Assembly (NCBI GenBank): GCA_032249155.1
Contig: JAVVGJ010000003.1
Span: 1 to 37,491 of the forward strand
Source of the DNA: Minisyncoccota bacterium
Lineage (GTDB): Bacteria > Patescibacteriota > Minisyncoccia > UBA6257 > HR35
Direction of reading: 5' to 3'
Length of the DNA stretch: 37,491 nucleotides
The notes under the pieces: model-generated
Database searches by the model: none
Told to the model about the DNA's origin: nothing
What the model saw: the letters and a program-made list of their open reading frames with translations, nothing else
Program-made: the position numbers and the translations under genes
In this document: positions 33,786 through 37,491 of the stretch, piece after piece
How the letters are laid out: the number at the start of each line of letters is the position of its first letter
Position numbering within the stretch: the first letter of the stretch is position 1

Positions 33786-33899
33786 ATGACAAAAAGAAAG
33801 AAAAAAAGAACATCAGGATTTTTAATAAGAAAGAGAACGAAAGCAGGAAGAAGAATTCTTTTAAGACGAAGAAGAAAAGGAAGAAAGAGACTAGCTTAA
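33786..33899 (+). CDS. rpmH: 50S ribosomal protein L34
   Basis: Not in the ORF track (37 aa). Hand translation gives MTKRKKKRTSGFLIRKRTKAGRRILLRRRRKGRKRLA. Shows the classic rpmH-rnpA-yidC order. Confidence 0.9.
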   Translation: MTKRKKKRTSGFLIRKRTKAGRRILLRRRRKGRKRLA

Positions 33900-33903
33900 T
33901 TTA

Positions 33904-34239
33904 ATGCTTAAGAAAATTTACAGATTAAAAGGAGAAGATTTAAAAGTTTTTTTTATGCAAAAAAATAAAACCTTAAAAAATAAAAATTTTTTGATAATTT
34001 TTAGAGAAAACAATTTAGATTTTCCAAGATTTTCAATTAAATTTAATGCTAAGATTTTTAAAAAAGCAGTTAAAAGGAATAAATTAAAAAGAAGAATTTA
34101 TGAGATCATAAGAAAGAATTGGGGAAAAATTGTGGATAAAAAGTTTGATATTGTTATTTTCCCTTTAAAAGAAGAATTAATTAACGAAAAATTCGATTTA
34201 TTAGAATCAGAAGTTTTAAGTTTGTTAAATAAAATATAA
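33904..34239 (+). CDS. rnpA: RNase P protein component
   Basis: 111 aa. The AVKRNKLKRRIYEIIR motif (RNR motif) and synteny after rpmH support the call. Confidence 0.85.
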   Translation: MLKKIYRLKGEDLKVFFMQKNKTLKNKNFLIIFRENNLDFPRFSIKFNAKIFKKAVKRNKLKRRIYEIIRKNWGKIVDKKFDIVIFPLKEELINEKFDLLESEVLSLLNKI

Positions 34240-34241
34240 AG

Positions 34242-34880
34242 ATGAGTTTTATAGAAAACAATTTTTACGGTTTTTTTAAATTTCTCTTAGATTTAACAAA
34301 AGACTACGGTTTAGCTCTTTTGAGCTTTGTTTTTATTTTAAGATTAGCAATGCTTCCTTTAAGTTTTTTAAATTTTAGAGAAGAAATAAAGCTAAAAAAA
34401 ATAAGACCAAAAATAAAAGAAATAATGGAAAAATATAAAAGCGATCCTTTAAAACAAATTGAAGAGTTAAACAAAGTTTATGAAGAATTTAAATATAATC
34501 CTATTTTAACTTTATTTTTGCAATTTTTGCCCTTACCTATTTTAATTTCGATTTTCTTTGTTTTAAAAAAAATTATTCAAGAAGATAAAAAAATCTTTTT
34601 CTTAGGAATTATTGACCTAACTTCTAAAAATATTTTTTTAATTATTTTAACTATTTTAATTCAAGCAATTTATTTTTTAATGCAAACTAAAGGAGAAAAA
34701 GAAAATTTAAAAATGCAAATTTTCTTTTTGCTTCTCATCTTTTTGATAATAATTCAGTTTCCTGCAATTTTTACTCTTTATTGGTTAAGCAATCTTATTT
34801 TAATGATAATTGAAAGAAAGCTATTCGAGATTTACAACATAAAGTTTAGCGTCGTTTCTGTTCCAAAAAATAAGTCCTAA
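34242..34880 (+). CDS. yidC: Membrane protein insertase YidC (short form)
   Basis: 212 aa, polytopic. KIRPKIKEIMEKYKSDPLKQIEELNKVYEEFKYNPI matches the conserved YidC/Oxa1 loop. Synteny after rnpA. Confidence 0.85.
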   Translation: MSFIENNFYGFFKFLLDLTKDYGLALLSFVFILRLAMLPLSFLNFREEIKLKKIRPKIKEIMEKYKSDPLKQIEELNKVYEEFKYNPILTLFLQFLPLPILISIFFVLKKIIQEDKKIFFLGIIDLTSKNIFLIILTILIQAIYFLMQTKGEKENLKMQIFFLLLIFLIIIQFPAIFTLYWLSNLILMIIERKLFEIYNIKFSVVSVPKNKS

Positions 34881-35954
34881 AGGAGAAATTTGTGGACTAA
34901 GAACATCAAAATTTCCATTTAAAATAATTTCTTTTTCTTCTTTATTTTGTGGATCATAGATTACAATTTTATCTTTAGATGCCTTTTTAAGCTTAAGCCA
35001 ATCTTCATAGTTAATATTATTTAAAGAAACACCACAAACAAGAAGTTTTTTGAAAGTACATTTTTCTGACGGAGCCCACCAACTAAATTTTTTAATTTCC
35101 TTTAGATTTTTATCTAAAAGCTTAGAAATTAAAACACCATTTTCTTCATAAGAAAAAAGTAAAAATTTTTGATCATCGCTTGAAAGTAAAGAAGGCCAAG
35201 ATTTTTTATCAAAAAGAAGTTTAATTTTGCTAGGATTTTTAAGATTTAAAGAAAAAATTGGTGTTGAAGGTGAAATAAGAGGATCTGCCCAAACAAAAAC
35301 ATCATCTCCAAAAATTTCCATTTTTGCTTGTGGAAGATTTAAATTAGCTAAAACTAAAGGATCTTTTTTGAAATCACTTAATCTTAAAATTCGCCCACCC
35401 TTTTCTTCATCAAAATAAAAATAAATTAAATCATCGTTTTTCCATTTGAAAAAAGCAATATCTTCCTTTAAGGTTTTAACTTCATCAAAAGAAAAATCGA
35501 TAATTTTCCATTCATTATAATCTTTTAAAATAAGTCTTTTTCTTGTAGGAGATATAGAAGGAAAGTAAACTGAAAATGATTTATAAAGCTCTTTGTAAGA
35601 TTTATCATCTAGATTTAAGTATTTAACTATGCCATTTTGAGGATCATAAATGTAAATATAGGGATAAATAAGATCAATAAAAAGTAGTTCAGAATCAAAA
35701 AGAGGTTTAATTTTTTCTTCTAAAGTTGAAGTAGGAAGAGAAAGCTCTTTGGAAGAAGTTTCTTTTTTTTCTGGAATTAAAGAAGGCTCTTCTTTAGGAA
35801 TTTCAAGAGGAGCTGGTTTTTCTTCAGGTGCTTCTACAATCTTTGGTTCTTTAGGAAGTTCTTTTTTTCTAGTGACAAAATAACCTAAGAAAGAAACCAA
35901 GGTTATAATAATGAGAATAGCTAATCCTAATATAAAAAGATTTTTTCTATTCAT
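34821..35954 (-). CDS. Membrane-anchored protein with Pro/Glu/Lys linker and beta-propeller-like repeats
   Basis: 377 aa with an N-terminal TM helix and a PEEKPAPLEIPKEEP linker. A repeated IYDPQN motif occurs near both ends of the globular part (YIYDPQNGIVKY, VIYDPQNKEEKE), suggesting a TolB/PD40-like fold. Confidence 0.65.
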   Translation of the reverse strand: MNRKNLFILGLAILIIITLVSFLGYFVTRKKELPKEPKIVEAPEEKPAPLEIPKEEPSLIPEKKETSSKELSLPTSTLEEKIKPLFDSELLFIDLIYPYIYIYDPQNGIVKYLNLDDKSYKELYKSFSVYFPSISPTRKRLILKDYNEWKIIDFSFDEVKTLKEDIAFFKWKNDDLIYFYFDEEKGGRILRLSDFKKDPLVLANLNLPQAKMEIFGDDVFVWADPLISPSTPIFSLNLKNPSKIKLLFDKKSWPSLLSSDDQKFLLFSYEENGVLISKLLDKNLKEIKKFSWWAPSEKCTFKKLLVCGVSLNNINYEDWLKLKKASKDKIVIYDPQNKEEKEIILNGNFDVLSPQISPLGLIFWNRNDAKLYVVNLE

Positions 35955-35955
35955 T

Positions 35956-36807
35956 TTATGGATTAATATCTAAAATTATGTGAAGATGGGGCCTCGTGTA
36001 ATGACAAGTGCTTCCTTGCTTAGGACAACTTTTTGCTATTTTTCCTCCGTGCTCATCTGTACAATATATATCTTCTTCGCTTTCATTTAATATATGAAAA
36101 CCGCAATTTAAAAAAGCATCTGCAAGCCTTTGATAAGTTATACCATTTGGCATAACATCTATACAATTAGCCCAACGGGTTCCATCTTTATGACATAAAT
36201 CTGGGTATGTATAACCTTCATCATAACCCCAAGTAATAATATAACTATTTGAACCAATCTGCTTATCTACACAATTTGTTAAAGCATCAACGATTTCACT
36301 TCTCATTAATTTTCCTCGATATCTTACTATTTCATTATTATATTTGTTTTTTGCATAAATTTCATAATTTTGTCTGGCTGTGCATATATAGGGCATCCAT
36401 TTTTCTCCCAAATAATTTAAATTAAGACGCGGGAAAGTGGTATCTGTAATAGGATCAACGCGATACTCATAAGCTTCATCTGGAAGACCTTCGTAAACTT
36501 TAAATTTAAGAACACCTGCCTTTTCTACATAAGGTATTTTTAATTTCACCTCAAAAATTCTTGGATTAATAATATGAAGAATTTGAGGTAAAACTAAAAC
36601 AACAATTATTGCTCCTATAGAGTTCATAATCCTATTTTTTCCCGATTCTTTACTTGTAATACTTCCTGCAGAAAAAAGATATTCCACTGCTCCATAAACC
36701 ATATTTAAAAAAGCTAAAGAAAACAAAACTACAATTCCTAAATTATAGATAGCTTGAAAACAACTTGCTAAATCTGAACAAGTAGTAATTTGATTAAGCC
36801 AAGGCAT
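35956..36807 (-). CDS. Pilin-like two-helix membrane module fused to an 8-Cys, His-rich globular domain
   Basis: 283 aa. The N-terminus (GIVVLFSLAFLNMVYGAVEYLFSAGSITSKESGKNRIMNSIGAIIVVLVL) has the same layout as the 24048 protein. The C-terminus contains TWGY, CHKDG...ANCID and PHLHI motifs. Confidence 0.65.
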   Translation of the reverse strand: MPWLNQITTCSDLASCFQAIYNLGIVVLFSLAFLNMVYGAVEYLFSAGSITSKESGKNRIMNSIGAIIVVLVLPQILHIINPRIFEVKLKIPYVEKAGVLKFKVYEGLPDEAYEYRVDPITDTTFPRLNLNYLGEKWMPYICTARQNYEIYAKNKYNNEIVRYRGKLMRSEIVDALTNCVDKQIGSNSYIITWGYDEGYTYPDLCHKDGTRWANCIDVMPNGITYQRLADAFLNCGFHILNESEEDIYCTDEHGGKIAKSCPKQGSTCHYTRPHLHIILDINP

Positions 36808-36808
36808 T

Positions 36809-37429
36809 TTATCTTAAAAAGGCGTCGGCAAAGGCACTTTCGCTTCTGTTTTGTTTATTCCTTACTTCTAAATTTAAAAAACCTCCACTTAAAAGATAAG
36901 GATTTAAAGTTTTATCGTTAGAAATAAAATTGCCGTTAAGTCTCCAAATAGAAGTAAGATCATTTGAAGAAAAACCAAAAGCTTTAAAGGTTATTTCTTC
37001 TTTTTCTAAAGGATTGCCTACAAAAGGAATTTCAAAATAATTATTTTTAAGATAGATAATAGAAACATCTGGTTTTTCTAAATAGATGTTACCATCAAAA
37101 GAAGAAAGCAAATTTCCATTTATTAAATTTTTGATTGAAAGACTTATCTTAAAATCTCCGCTTGAATATCTTTTATTAAGATCAATTTTTATAAAGGGTT
37201 TATTTGAAAAAATTTCAGGTGTTTCTGAAAAAGGAAGTTTCCATTCATATCTAGAAAGAGATGGATAGGAATAAACCGCTTTTGTTTTTTTATCGACAAA
37301 AACAGCAGAAACAATTGCTCCATTATTTAATTTTTTAGAAAAGAAATAAACGTCTTTTGTTTGAGCAAAAACAAAAAATGGAAAGAAAATGAAAAGAATT
37401 AAAATAGGGGTTAATCCTCGAGGGGACAT
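36809..37429 (-). CDS. Secreted beta-rich hypothetical protein
   Basis: Start placed at ATG 37429, which gives a canonical signal peptide MSPRGLTPILILFIFFPFFVFAQT. The frame stays open upstream to the window edge (GTG at 37444 in the track), so the 5' end is uncertain. Confidence 0.6.
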   Translation of the reverse strand: MSPRGLTPILILFIFFPFFVFAQTKDVYFFSKKLNNGAIVSAVFVDKKTKAVYSYPSLSRYEWKLPFSETPEIFSNKPFIKIDLNKRYSSGDFKISLSIKNLINGNLLSSFDGNIYLEKPDVSIIYLKNNYFEIPFVGNPLEKEEITFKAFGFSSNDLTSIWRLNGNFISNDKTLNPYLLSGGFLNLEVRNKQNRSESAFADAFLR

Positions 37430-37491
37430 TTTAGCTTTACCCACTATAGTGGGTTCAGCTATTTTTTTAGTTACCTTCGTTGCTTTACTTA

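Noticed and set aside
37445-37491. Possible partial upstream gene, or a longer start for the last ORF, at the window edge.
   Set aside because: The frame is open to the edge, but there is too little sequence to judge. The ATG at 37429 with a canonical signal peptide was preferred, and the uncertainty is noted.

Overview
AT-rich, very gene-dense bacterial chromosome segment. It uses the standard genetic code: TGA terminates conserved genes such as trpS, polA, tsaE and rpmG. Small proteins, lamin-tail-domain and pilin-like surface proteins, an unlinked rRNA operon and 23S expansions suggest a reduced-genome Patescibacteria/CPR-like organism (inference only).

Gene content, read mostly on the minus strand:
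- Translation: rplJ-rplL with a consensus promoter and structured leader, trpS, gltX, rpmG, an HPF-like protein, tsaE, and smpB abutting ssrA (tmRNA).
- rRNA: a 23S-5S operon with its own consensus promoter and no 16S.
- Replication-origin gene set: dnaA and dnaN divergent from rpmH-rnpA-yidC. Also polA, core-only topA and ftsK.
- Competence-type genes: dprA, a comEC split into two overlapping ORFs, and a PilB-type ATPase.
- Other: a class A PBP, an orphan histidine kinase, yvcK and yebC.
- RNA genes: RNase P RNA and tRNA-Leu(GAG), tRNA-Trp(CCA), tRNA-Arg(CCU).

rpmG and rpmH are missing from the ORF track and were found by hand translation. Several exact or near-exact TTGACT-17/18-TATAAT promoters are visible.

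No CRISPR array, transposase, integrase or recognisable defence gene was seen.

Most interesting leads:
1. A tightly coupled three-gene exported-protein operon. One member fuses a pilin-like membrane module to an 8-Cys, His-rich domain.
2. A hyper-acidic 89-aa protein carried on its own promoter-terminator unit.
3. A promoter-driven GC-rich four-segment leader or small RNA upstream of an unknown gene.
4. The split comEC, with rnpB starting inside its 3' end.
5. A tandem lamin-tail-domain protein next to dprA.
6. 23S rRNA peculiarities: an AT-rich expansion of about 100 nt and substitutions in the helix 69 loop.

All functional calls come from motif recognition by eye. No database search was run.
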